From NCBI GenBank assembly GCA_964016885.1, contig OZ024740.1:9672001-9736000 (forward strand): a DNA stretch of 64,000 nucleotides, written 5' to 3'. Below, in pieces: positions 51,301-63,580 of the stretch; the first letter of the stretch is position 1, and each line of letters starts with the position of its first letter. The notes below the pieces were generated by a model. That model made no database searches, was not told the DNA's origin, and saw only the letters and a list, made by a program, of their open reading frames with translations. The translations under genes were made by a program, and so were the position numbers. This DNA is from Eledone cirrhosa. Taxonomy: Eukaryota.

Positions 51301-54300
51301 AGGAGTGCTGGGAGTAGTCTTGTGGTTGATGTGACAACTGGTCATCTGATTTAGGCTTGTCACCAGACTGAGAGAGGGGTGCTGGTGGTAGTCTTGTGGT
51401 TGATGTGACCACTGGTTATCTGGTTTAGGCTTGTCACCAGACTGAGAGAGGGGTGCTGGTGGTAGTCTTGTGGTTGATGTGACCACTGGTCATCTGGTTT
51501 AAGCTTGTCACCAGACTGAGAGTGGGGTGCTGGTGGTAGTCTTGTGGTTGATGTGACCACTGGTCATCTGGTTTAGGCTTGTCACCAGACTGAGAGAGGG
51601 GTGCTGGTGGTAGTCTTGTGGTTGATGTGACCACTGGTCATCTGGTTTAGGCTTGTCACCAGACTGAGAGAGGGGTGCTGGTGGTAGTCTTGTGGTTGAT
51701 GTGACCACTGGTCATCTGGTTTAGGCTTGTCACCAGACTGAGAGAGGGGTGCTGGTGGTAGTCGTGTGGTTGATGTGACCACTGGTCATCTGGTTTAGGC
51801 TTGTCACCAGACTGAGAGAGAGGTGCTGGTGGTAGTCTTGCGGTTGATGTGACCACTGGTCATCTGGTTTAGGCTTGTCACCAGACTGAGAGAGGGGTGC
51901 TGGTGGTAGTCTTGTGGTCGATGTGACCACTGGTCATCTGGTTTAGGTTTGTCACCAGACAGAGAAAGGGGTGCTGGTGGTAGTCTTGTGGTTGATGTGA
52001 CCACTGGTCATCTGGTTTAGGTTTGTCACCAGACAGAGAAAGGGGTGCTGGTGGTAGTCTTGTGGTTGATGTGACCACTGGTCATCTGGTTTAGGTTTGT
52101 CACCAGACAGTGAAAGGGGTGCTGGTGGTAGTATTGTGGTTGATGTGACCACTGGTCATCTGGTTTAGGTTTGTCACCAGACAGAGAAAGGGGTGCTGGT
52201 GATAGTCCTGTGGTTGATGTGACCACTGGTCATCTGGTTTAGGTTTGTCACCAGACATAGAAACGGGTGCTGGTGGTAGTCTTGTGGTTGATGTGACCAC
52301 TGGTCATCTAGTCTAGCCTTGTCACCAGACTGAGAAAGGGGTGCTGGTGGTAGTCTTGTGGTTGATGTGACCTCTGGTCATCTGGTTTAGATTTGTCACC
52401 AGACTGAGAGAGGGGTGCTGGTGGTAGTCTTGTGGTTGATGTGACCACTGGTCATCTGGTTTAGGTTTGTCACCAGACTGAGAGAGAGAGAGGGGTGCTG
52501 GTGGTAGTCTTGTGGTTGATGTGACCACTGGTCATCTGGTTTAGGCTTGTCACCAGACTGAGAGAGAGGTATTGGTGGTAGTCTTGTGGTTGATGTGACC
52601 ACTGGTCATCTGGTTTAGGCTTGTCACCAGACTGAGAGAGAGGTATTGGTGGTAGTCGTGTGGTTGATGTGACCACTGGTCATCTGGTTTAGGCTTGTCA
52701 CCAGACTGAGAGAGAGGTGCTGGTGGTAGTCGTGTGGTTGATGTGACCACTGGTCATCTGGTTTAGGCTTGTCACCAGACTGAGAGAGGGGTGCTGGTGA
52801 TAGTCTTGTGGTTGATGTGACCACTGGTCATCTGGTTTAGGCTTGTCACCAGACTGAGAGAGAGGTGCTGGTGGTAGTCTTGTGGTTGATGTGACCACTG
52901 ATCATCTGGTTTAGGCTTGTCACCAGACTGAGAGAGGGGTGCTGGTGGTAGTCGTGTGGTTGATGTGACTACTGGTCATCTAGTCTAGGTTTGTCACCAG
53001 ACTGAGAGAGAGGTGCTGGTGGTAGTCGTGTGGTTGATGTGACTACTGGTCATCTAGTCTAGGTTTGTCACCAGACTGAGAGAGAGGTGCTGGTGGTAGT
53101 CGTGTGGTTGATGTGATCTCTGGTCATCTGGTTTAGGCTTGTCACCAGACTGAGAGAGGGGTGCTGGTGGTAGTCTTGCGGTTGATGTGACCACTGGTCA
53201 TCTAGTCTAGGTTTGTAACCAGACTGAGAGAGAGGTGCTGGTGGTAGTCTTGCGGTTGATGTGACCACTGGTTATCTGGTTTAGGTATGTTTACCAGACT
53301 GAGAGAGGGGTGCTGGTTGTAGTCTTGTGGTTGATGTGACCACTGGTCATCTGGTTTAGGTTTGTCACCATACTGAGAGAGGGGTGCTTGTGGTAGTCTT
53401 GTGGTTGATGTGACCACTGGTCATCTGGTTTAGGTTTGTCACCATACTGAGAGAGGGGTGCTGGTGGTAGTCTTGTGGTTGATGTGACCACTGGTCAACT
53501 GGTTTAGGTTTGTCACCAGACTGAGAAAGGGGTGCTGGTGATAGTCTTGTGGTTGATGTGACCACTGGTCATCTGGTTTAGGTTTGTCACCAGACTGAGA
53601 AAGGTGTGCTGGTGGTAGTCTTGTGGTTGACGTGACCACTGGTCATCTGGTTTAGGCTTGTCACCAGACTGAGAGAGAAGTGCTGGTGGTAGTCTTGTGG
53701 TTGATGTGACCACTGGTCATCTGGTTTAGACTTGTCACCAGACTGAGAGAGAGGTGCTGGTGGTAGTCTTGTGGTTGATGTGACCACTGGTCATCTGGTT
53801 TAGGTATGTTTACCAGACTGAGAGAGGGGTGCTGGTTGTAGTCTTGTGGTTGATGTGACCACTGGTCATCTGGTTTAGGTTTGTCACCATACTGAGAGAG
53901 GGGTGCTTGTGGTAGTCTTGTGGTTGATGTGACCACTGGTATTCTGGTTTAGGTTTGTCACCATACTGAGAGAGGGGTGCTGGTGGTAGTCTTGTGGTTG
54001 ATGTGACCACTGGTCAACTGGTTTAGGTTTGTCACCAGACTGAGAAAGGGGTGCTGGTGATAGTCTTGTGGTTGATGTGACCACTGGTCATCTGGTTTAG
54101 GTTTGTCACCAGACTGAGAAAGGGGTGCTGGTGGTAGTCTTGTGGTTGACGTGACCACTGGTCATCTGGTTTAGGCTTGTCACCAGACTGAGAGAGAAGT
54201 GCTGGTGGTAGTCTTGTGGTTGATGTGACCACTGGTCATCTGGTTTAGGCTTGTCACCAGACTGAGAGAGAGGTGCTGGTGGTAGTCTTGTGGTTGATGT

Positions 54301-54500
54301 GACCACTGGTCATCTGGTTTAGGCTTGTCACCAGAGTGAGAAAGGTGTGCTGGTGGTAGTCTTGTGGTTGATGTGACCACTGGTCATCTGGTTTAAGCTT
54401 GTCACCAGACTGAGAAAGGGGTGCTGGTGGTAGTCTTTTGGTTGATGTGACCACTGGTCATCTGGTCTAGGCTTGTCACCAGACTGAGAGAGAGGTGCTG
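36301..54500. repeat. Super-repeat copy C (near-identical to B at offset 18,306)
   Basis: The offset is a constant 18,306 bp for ORFs 20679/38985 through 34762/53068 and for the (GA)6 markers 24760/43066, 32836/51142 and 34174/52480. It then becomes 18,232 (35059/53291, 36096/54328). Confidence 0.9.
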
Positions 54501-57500
54501 GTGGTAGTCTTGTGGTTGATGTGACCACTGGTCATCTGGTTTATGCTTGTCACCAGACTGAGAGAGAAGTGCTGGTGGTAGTCTTGTGGTTGATGTGACC
54601 ACTGGTCATCTGGTTTAGGCTTGTCACCAGACTGAGAGAGAGGTGCTGGTGGTAGTCTTGTGGTTGATGTGACCACTGGTCATATGGTCTAGGCTTGTCA
54701 CCAGACTGAGAAAGGGATGCTGGTGGTAGTCTTGTGGTTGATGTGACCACTGGTCATCTAGTATAGGTTTGTCACCAAACTGAGAGAGAGGTGCTGGTGG
54801 TAGTCGTGTGGTTGATGTGACCACTGGTCATCTGGTTTAGGTTTGTCACCATACTGAGAGAGGGGTGCTGGTGGTAGTCGTGTGGTTGATGTAACCACTG
54901 GTCATCTGGTTTAGGTTTGTCACCACACTGAGAGAGGGGTGCTGGTGGTAGTCTTGTGGTTGATGTGACCACTGGTCATCTGGTGTAGGTTTGTCACCAG
55001 ACTGAGAGAGGGGTGCTGGTGATAGTCTTGTGGTTGATGTGACCACTGGTCATCTGGTTTAGGTTTGTTACCAGACTGAGAGAGAGGTGCTGGTGGTAGT
55101 CTTGTGGTTGATGTGACCACTGGTCATCTGGTTTAGGCTTGTCACCAGACTGAAGGAGGGGTGCTGGTGGTAGTCTTGTGGTTGATGTGACCACTGGTCA
55201 TCTGGTTTAGGCTTGTCACCAGACTGAGAGAGGGTTTCTGGTGGTAGTCTTGTGGTTGATGTGACCACTGGTCATCTGGTTTAGGCTTGTCACCAGACTG
55301 AGAGAGAGGTGCTGGTGGTTGTCTTGTGGTTGATGTGACCTCTGGTCATCTGGTTTAGGTTTTGCACCAGACTGAGAGTGGGGTGCTGGTGGTAGTCTTG
55401 TGGTTGATGTGACCACTGGTCATCTGGTTTAGGCTTGTCACCAGACTGAGAGAGGGTTTCTGGTGGTAGTCTTGTGGTTGATGTGACCACTGGTCATCTG
55501 GTTTAGGCTTGTCACCAGACTGAGAGAGAGGTGCTGGTGGTTGTCTTGTGGTTGATGTGACCTCTGGTCATCTGGTTTAGGTTTGTCACCAGACTGAGAA
55601 AGGGGTGCTGGTGGTAGTCTTGTGGTTGATGTGACCACTGGTCATCTGGTTTAGGCTTGTCACCAGACTGAGAGAGGGTGCTGGTGGTAGTCTTGTGGTT
55701 GATGTGACCACTGGTCATCTGGTTTAGGCTTGTCACCAGACTGAGAGAGGGGTGCTGGTGGTAGTCTTGTGGTTTATGAGACCACTGGTCATCTGGTTTA
55801 GACTTGTCACCAGACTGAGAGAGGGGTGCTGGTGGTAGTCGTGTGGTTGATGTGACCACTGGTCATCTGGTTTAGGCTTGTCACCATACTGAGAGAGGGG
55901 TGCTGGTTGTAGTCTTGTGGTTGATGTGACCACTGGTCATCTGGTTTAGGTTTGTCACCATACTGAGAGAGGGGTGCTGGTGGTAGTCTTGTGGTTGATG
56001 TGACCACTGGTCATCTGGTTTAGGTTTGTCACCAGACTGAGAGAGGGGTGCTGGTGGTAGTCTTGTGGTTGATGTGACCACTGGTCATCTGGTTTAGGTT
56101 TGTCACCAGACTGAGAGAGGGGTGGTGGTGGTGGTCTTGTGGTTGATGTGACCACTGGTCATCTGGTTTAGGTTTGTCACCAGACTGAGAGAGGGGTGCT
56201 GGTGGTAGTCTTGTGGTTGATGTGACCACTGGTCAACTGGTTTAGGTTTGTCACCATACTGAGAGAGGGGTGCTTGTGGTAGTCTTGTGGTTGATGTGAC
56301 CACTGGTCATCTGGTTTAGGCTTGTCACCATACTGAGAGAGGGGTGCTGGTTGTAGTCTTGTGGTTGATGTGACCACTGGTCATCTGGTTTAGGTTTGTC
56401 ACCATACTGAGAGAGGGGTGCTTGTGGTAGTCTTGTGGTTGATGTGACCACTGGTCATCTGGTTTAGGCTTGTCACCATACTGAGAGATGGGTGCTGGTG
56501 GTAGTCTTGTGGTTGATGTGACCACTGGTCAACTGGTTTAGGTTTGTCACCAGACTGAGAAAGGGGTGCTGGTGATAGTCTTGTGGTTGATGTGACCACT
56601 GGTCATCTGGTTTAGGTTTGTCACCAGACTGAGAAAGGGGTGCTGGTGGTAGTCTTGTGGTTGACGTGACCACTGGTCATCTGGTTTAGGCTTGTCACCA
56701 GACTGAGAGAGAAGTGCTGGTGGTAGTCTTGTGGTTGATGTGACCACTGGTCATCTGGTTTAGGCTTGTCACCAGACTGAGAGAGAGGTGCTGGTGGTAG
56801 TCTTGTGGTTGATGTGACCACTGGTCATCTGGTTTAGGCTTGTCACCAGAGTGAGAAAGGTGTGCTGGTGGTAGTCTTGTGGTTGATGTGACCACTGGTC
56901 ATCTGGTTTAAGCTTGTCACCAGACTGAGAAAGGGGTGCTGGTGGTAGTCTTTTGGTTGATGTGACCACTGGTCATCTGGTCTAGGCTTGTCACCAGACT
57001 GAGAGAGAGGTGCTGGTGGTAGTCTTGTGGTTGATGTGACCACTGGTCATCTGGTTTATGCTTGTCACCAGACTGAGAGAGAAGTGCTGGTGGTAGTCTT
57101 GTGGTTGATGTGACCACTGGTCATCTGGTTTAGGCTTGTCACCAGACTGAGAGAGAGGTGCTGGTGGTAGTCTTGTGGTTGATGTGACCACTGGTCATAT
57201 GGTCTAGGCTTGTCACCAGACTGAGAAAGGGATGCTGGTGGTAGTCTTGTGGTTGATGTGACCACTGGTCATCTAGTATAGGTTTGTCACCAAACTGAGA
57301 GAGAGGTGCTGGTGGTAGTCGTGTGGTTGATGTGACCACTGGTCATCTGGTTTAGGTTTGTCACCATACTGAGAGAGGGGTGCTGGTGGTAGTCGTGTGG
57401 TTGATGTAACCACTGGTCATCTGGTTTAGGTTTGTCACCACACTGAGAGAGGGGTGCTGGTGGTAGTCTTGTGGTTGATGTGACCACTGGTCATCTGGTG

Positions 57501-57930
57501 TAGGTTTGTCACCAGACTGAGAGAGGGGTGCTGGTGATAGTCTTGTGGTTGATGTGACCACTGGTCATCTGGTTTAGGTTTGTTACCAGACTGAGAGAGA
57601 GGTGCTGGTGGTAGTCTTGTGGTTGATGTGACCACTGGTCATCTGGTTTAGGCTTGTCACCAGACTGAAGGAGGGGTGCTGGTGGTAGTCTTGTGGTTGA
57701 TGTGACCACTGGTCATCTGGTTTAGGCTTGTCACCAGACTGAGAGAGGGTTTCTGGTGGTAGTCTTGTGGTTGATGTGACCACTGGTCATCTGGTTTAGG
57801 CTTGTCACCAGACTGAGAGAGAGGTGCTGGTGGTTGTCTTGTGGTTGATGTGACCTCTGGTCATCTGGTTTAGGTTTTGCACCAGACTGAGAGTGGGGTG
57901 CTGGTGATAGTCTTGTGGTTGATGTGACCA
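53950..57930. repeat. ~1.45 kb block duplicated at 34-monomer (2,515 bp) spacing
   Basis: ORFs 53958/56473, 54624/57139 and 55216/57731 are offset by 2,515. Confidence 0.85.
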
Positions 57931-60900
57931 CTGGTCATCTGGTTTAGGCTTGTCACCAGACAGAGAGAGAGGTGCTGGTGGTTGTCTTGTGGTTGATGCG
58001 ACCTCTGGTCATCTGGTTTAGGCTTGTCACCAGACTGAGAGAGAGGTGCTGGTGGTAGTCTTGTGGTTGATGTGACCACTGGTGTTCTGGTTTAGGTTTG
58101 TCACCAGACTGAGAAAGGGGTGCTGGTGGTAGTCTTGTGGTTGATGTGACCACTGGTCATCTGGTTTAGGTTTTTCACCAGACTGAGAGAGGGGTGCTGG
58201 TGGTAGTCTTGTGGTTGATGTGACCACTGGTCATCTGGTTTAGGCTTGTCACCAGACTGAGAGAGGGGTGCTGGTGGTAGTCGTGTGGTTGATGTGACCA
58301 CTGGTCATCTGGTTTAGGCTTGTCACCAGACTGAGAGAGGGGTGCTGGTGGTAGTCTTGTGGTTGATGTGACCACTGGTCATCTGGTTTAGGCTTGTCAC
58401 CAGACTGAGAGAGGGTTACTGGTGGTAGTCTTGTGGTTGGTGTGACCTCTTGTCATCTGGTTTAGGCTTGTCACCAGACTGAGAGAGAGGTGCTGGTGTT
58501 AGTCGTGTGGTTGATGTGACCACTGGTCATCTGGTTTAGGCTTGTCACCAGACTGAGAGAGGGGTGCTGGTGGTAGTCTTGTGGTTTATGAGACCACTGG
58601 TCATCTGGTTTAGACTTGTCACCAGACTGAGAGAGGGTTACTGGTGGTAGTCTTGTGGTTGATGTGACCACTGGTCATCTGGTTTAGGTTTGTCACCAGA
58701 CTGAGAGAGGGGTGGTGGTGGTGGTCTTGTGGTTGATGTGACCACTGGTCATCTGGTTTAGGTTTGTCACCAGACTGAGAGAGGGGTGCTGGTGGTAGTC
58801 TTGTGCTTGATGTGACCACTGGTCATTTGGTTTAGGTTTGTCACCAGACTGAGAGAGGGGTGCTGGTGGTAGTCTTGTGGTTGATGTGACCACTGGTCAT
58901 CTGGTTTAGGTTTGTCACCAGACTGAGGAAGGGGTGCTGGTGGTAGTCTTGTGGTTGATGTGACCACTGGTCATCTGGTTTAGGCTTGTCACCAGACTGA
59001 GAGAGAGGTGCTGGTGGTAGTCTTGTGGTTGATGTGACCACTGGTCATCTGGTTTAGGCTTGTCACCAGACTGAGAGAGGGGTTCTGGTGGTAGTCTTGT
59101 GGTTGATGTGACCACTGGTCATCTGGTTTAGGTTTTTCACCAGACTGAGAGAGGGGTGCTGGTGGTAGTCTTGTGGTTGATGTGACCACTGGTCATCTGG
59201 TTTAGGCTTGTCACCAGACTGAGAGAGGGGTGCTGGTGGTAGTCGTGTGGTTGATGTGACCACTGGTCATCTGGTTTAGGCTTGTCACCAGACTGAGAGA
59301 GGGTTACTGGTGGTAGTCTTGTGGTTGGTGTGACCACTGGTCATCTAGTCTAGGTTTGTCACCAGACTGAGAGAGAGGTGCTGGTGGTAGTCGTGTGGTT
59401 GATGTGATCTCTGGTCATCTGGTTTAGGCTTGTCACCAGACTGAGAGAGGGGTGCTGGTGGTAGTCTTGTGGTTGATGTGACCACTGGTCATCTGGTTTA
59501 GGTTTGTCACCATACTGAGAGAGGGGTGCTGGTGGTAGTCTTGTGGTTGATGTGACCACTGGTCAACTGGTTTAGGTTTGTCACCAGACTGAGAAAGGGG
59601 TGCTGGTGATAGTCTTGTGGTTGATGTGACCACTGGTCATCTGGTTTAGGTTTGTCACCAGAATGAGAAAGGGGTGCTGGTGGTAGTCTTGTGGTTGACG
59701 TGACCACTGGTCATCTGGTTTAGGCTTGTCACCAGACTGAGAGAGGGGTGCTGGTGGTAGTCTTGTGGTTGATGTGACCACTGGTCATCTGGTTTAGGCT
59801 TGTCACCAGACTGAGAGAGGGGTGCTTGTGGTAGTCTTGTGGTTGATGTGACCACTGGTCATCTGGTTTAGGTTTGTCACCAGACTGAGAGTAGGGTGCT
59901 GGTGGTAGTCTTGTGGTTGATGTGACCACTGGTCATCTGGTTTAGGTTTTTCACCGGACTGAGAGAGGGGTGCTGGTGGTAGTCTTGTGGTTGATGTGAC
60001 CACTGGTCATCTGGTTTAGGTTTGTCACCAGACAGAGAAAGGGGTGCTGGAGGTAATCTTGTGGTTGATGTGACCACTGGTCATCTGGTTTAGGTTTGTC
60101 ACCAGACAGAGAAAGGGGTGCTTGTGGTAGTATTGTGGTTGATGTGACCACTGGTCATCTGGTTCAGGTTTGTCACCAGACTGAGAAAGGGGTGCTGGTG
60201 GTAGTCTTGTGTTTGATGTGACCACTGTTCATCTGGTTTAGGTTTGTCACCAGACAGAGAAGGGGTGCTGGTGATAGTCTTGTGGTTGATGTGACCACTG
60301 GTCATCTGGTTTAGGCTTGTCACCAGACTGAGAGAGGTGTGCTGATGGTAGTCTTGTGGTTGATGTGACCACTGGTCATCTGGTTTAGGCTTGTCACCAG
60401 ACTGAGAGAGGGGTGCTGGTGGTAGTCTTGTGGTTGATGTGACCACTGGTCATCTGGTTTAGGCTTGTCACCATACTGAGAGAGGGGTGCTGGTGGGTGT
60501 ATTGTGGTTGATGTGACCACTGGTCATCTGGTTTAGGTTTTTCACCAGACTGAGAGTAGGGTGCTTGTGGTAGTCTTGTGGTTGATGTGACCACTGGTCA
60601 TCTAGTCTAGGTTTGTCACCAGACTGAGAGAGAGGTGCTGGTGGTAGTCTTGTGGTTGATGTTACCACTGGTCATCTGGTTTAGGCTTGTCACCAGACTG
60701 AGAGAGGGGTGCTGGTGGTAGTCTTGTGGTCGATGTGACCACTGGTCATCTGGTTTAGGTTTGTCACCAGACAGAGAAAGGGGTGCTGGTGGTAGTCTTG
60801 TGGTTGATGTGACCACTGGTCATCTGGTTTAGGTTTGTCACCAGACAGAGAAAGGGGTGCTGGTGGTAGTCTTGTGGTTGATGTGACCACTGGTCATCTG

Positions 60901-61059
60901 GTTTAGGTTTGTCACCAGACAGTGAAAGGGGTGCTGGTGGTAGTATTGTGGTTGATGTGACCACTGGTCATCTGGTTTAGGTTTGTCACCAGACAGAGAA
61001 AGGGGTGCTGGTGATAGTCCTGTGGTTGATGTGACCACTGGTCATCTGGTTTAGGTTTG

Positions 61060-63580
61060 TCACCAGACTGAGAGAGAGGTGCTAGTGGTAGTCTTGCGGT
61101 TGATGTGACCTCTGGTCATCTGGTTTAGGTTTGTCACCAGACTGAGAGAGATGTGCTAGTGGTAGTCTTGTGGTTGATGTGACCACTGGTCATCTGGTTT
61201 AGGTTTGTCACCAGACATAGAAAGGGGTGCTGGTGGTAGTCTTGTGGTTGATGTGACCACTGGTCATCTAGTCTAGCCTTGTCACCAGACTGAGAAAGGG
61301 GTGCTGGTGGTAGTCTTGTGGTTGATGTGACCTCTGGTCATCTGGTTTAGATTTGTCACCAGACTGAGAGAGGGGTGCTGGTGGTAGTCTTGTGGTTGAT
61401 GTGACCTCTGGTCATCTGGTTTAGGCTTGTCACCAGACTGAGAGAGAGGTGCTGGAGGTAGTCGTGTGGTTGATGTGACCACTGGTCATCTGGTTTAGGC
61501 TTGTCACCAGACTGAGAGAGGAGTGCTGGGAGTAGTCTTGTGGTTGATGTGACCACTGGTCATCTGATTTAGGCTTGTCACCAGACTGAGAGAGGGGTGC
61601 TTGTGGTAGTCTTGTGGTTGATGTGACCACTGGTTATCTGGTTTAGGCTTGTCACCAGACTGAGAGAGGGGTGCTGGTGGTAGTCTTGTGGTTGATGTGA
61701 CCACTGGTCATCTGGTTTAAGCTTGTCACCAGACTGAGAGTGGGGTGCTGGTGGTAGTCTTGTGGTTGATGTGACCACTGGTCATCTGGTTTAGGCTTGT
61801 CACCAGACTGAGAGAGGGGTGCTGGTGGTAGTCTTGTGGTTGATGTGACCACTGGTCATCTGGTTTAGGCTTGTCACCAGACTGAGAGAGGGGTGCTGGT
61901 GGTAGTCGTGTGGTTGATGTGACCACTGGTCATCTGGTTTAGGCTTGTCACCAGACTGAGAGAGAGGTGCTGGTGGTAGTCTTGCGGTTGATGTGACCAC
62001 TGGTCATCTGGTTTAGGCTTGTCACCAGACTGAGAGAGAGGTATTGGTGGTAGTCTTGTGGTTGATGTGACCACTGGTCATCTGGTTTAGGCTTGTCACC
62101 AGACTGAGAGAGAGGTGCTGGTGGTAGTCGTGTGGTTGATGTGACCACTGGTCATCTGGTTTAGGCTTGTCACCAGACTGAGAGAGGGGTGCTGGTGGTA
62201 GTCGTGTGGTTGATGTGACCACTGGTCATCTGGTTTAGGCTTGTCACCAGACTGAGAGAGGGGTGCTGGTGATAGTCTTGTGGTTGATGTGACCACTGGT
62301 CTTCTGGTTTAGGCTTGTCACCAGACTGAGAGAGAGGTGCTAGTGGTAGTCTTGCGGTTGATGTGACCTCTGGTCATCTGGTTTAGGTTTGTCACCAGAC
62401 TGAGAGAGATGTGCAAGTGGTAGTCTTGTGGTTGATGTGACCACTGGTCATCTGGTTTAGGTTTGTCACCAGACATAGAAAGGGGTGCTGGTGGTAGTCT
62501 TGTGGTTGATGTGACCACTGGTCATCTAGTCTAGCCTTGTCACCAGACTGAGAAAGGGGTGCTGGTGGTAGTCTTGTGGTTGATGTGACCTCTGGTCATC
62601 TGGTTTAGATTTGTCACCAGACTGAGAGAGGGGTGCTGGTGGTAGTCTTGTGGTTGATGTGACCTCTGGTCATCTGGTTTAGGCTTGTCACCAGACTGAG
62701 AGAGAGGTGCTGGAGGTAGTCGTGTGGTTGATGTGACCACTGGTCATCTGGTTTAGGCTTGTCACCAGACTGAGAGAGGAGTGCTGGGAGTAGTCTTGTG
62801 GTTGATGTGACCACTGGTCATCTGATTTAGGCTTGTCACCAGACTGAGAGAGGGGTGCTTGTGGTAGTCTTGTGGTTGATGTGACCACTGGTTATCTGGT
62901 TTAGGCTTGTCACCAGACTGAGAGAGGGGTGCTGGTGGTAGTCTTGTGGTTGATGTGACCACTGGTCATCTGGTTTAAGCTTGTCACCAGACTGAGAGTG
63001 GGGTGCTGGTGGTAGTCTTGTGGTTGATGTGACCACTGGTCATCTGGTTTAGGCTTGTCACCAGACTGAGAGAGGGGTGCTGGTGGTAGTCTTGTGGTTG
63101 ATGTGACCACTGGTCATCTGGTTTAGGCTTGTCACCAGACTGAGAGAGGGGTGCTGGTGGTAGTCGTGTGGTTGATGTGACCACTGGTCATCTGGTTTAG
63201 GCTTGTCACCAGACTGAGAGAGAGGTGCTGGTGGTAGTCTTGCGGTTGATGTGACCACTGGTCATCTGGTTTAGGCTTGTCACCAGACTGAGAGAGAGGT
63301 ATTGGTGGTAGTCTTGTGGTTGATGTGACCACTGGTCATCTGGTTTAGGCTTGTCACCAGACTGAGAGAGAGGTGCTGGTGGTAGTCGTGTGGTTGATGT
63401 GACCACTGGTCATCTGGTTTAGGCTTGTCACCAGACTGAGAGAGGGGTGCTGGTGGTAGTCGTGTGGTTGATGTGACCACTGGTCATCTGGTTTAGGCTT
63501 GTCACCAGACTGAGAGAGGGGTGCTGGTGATAGTCTTGTGGTTGATGTGACCACTGGTCTTCTGGTTTAGGCTTGTCACC
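61060..63580. repeat. 17-monomer (1,258 bp) tandem duplication
   Basis: ORFs 61282/62540 through 62096/63354 are offset by 1,258. The private variant ggtcttctgg occurs at ~62298 and ~63556. Confidence 0.9.
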
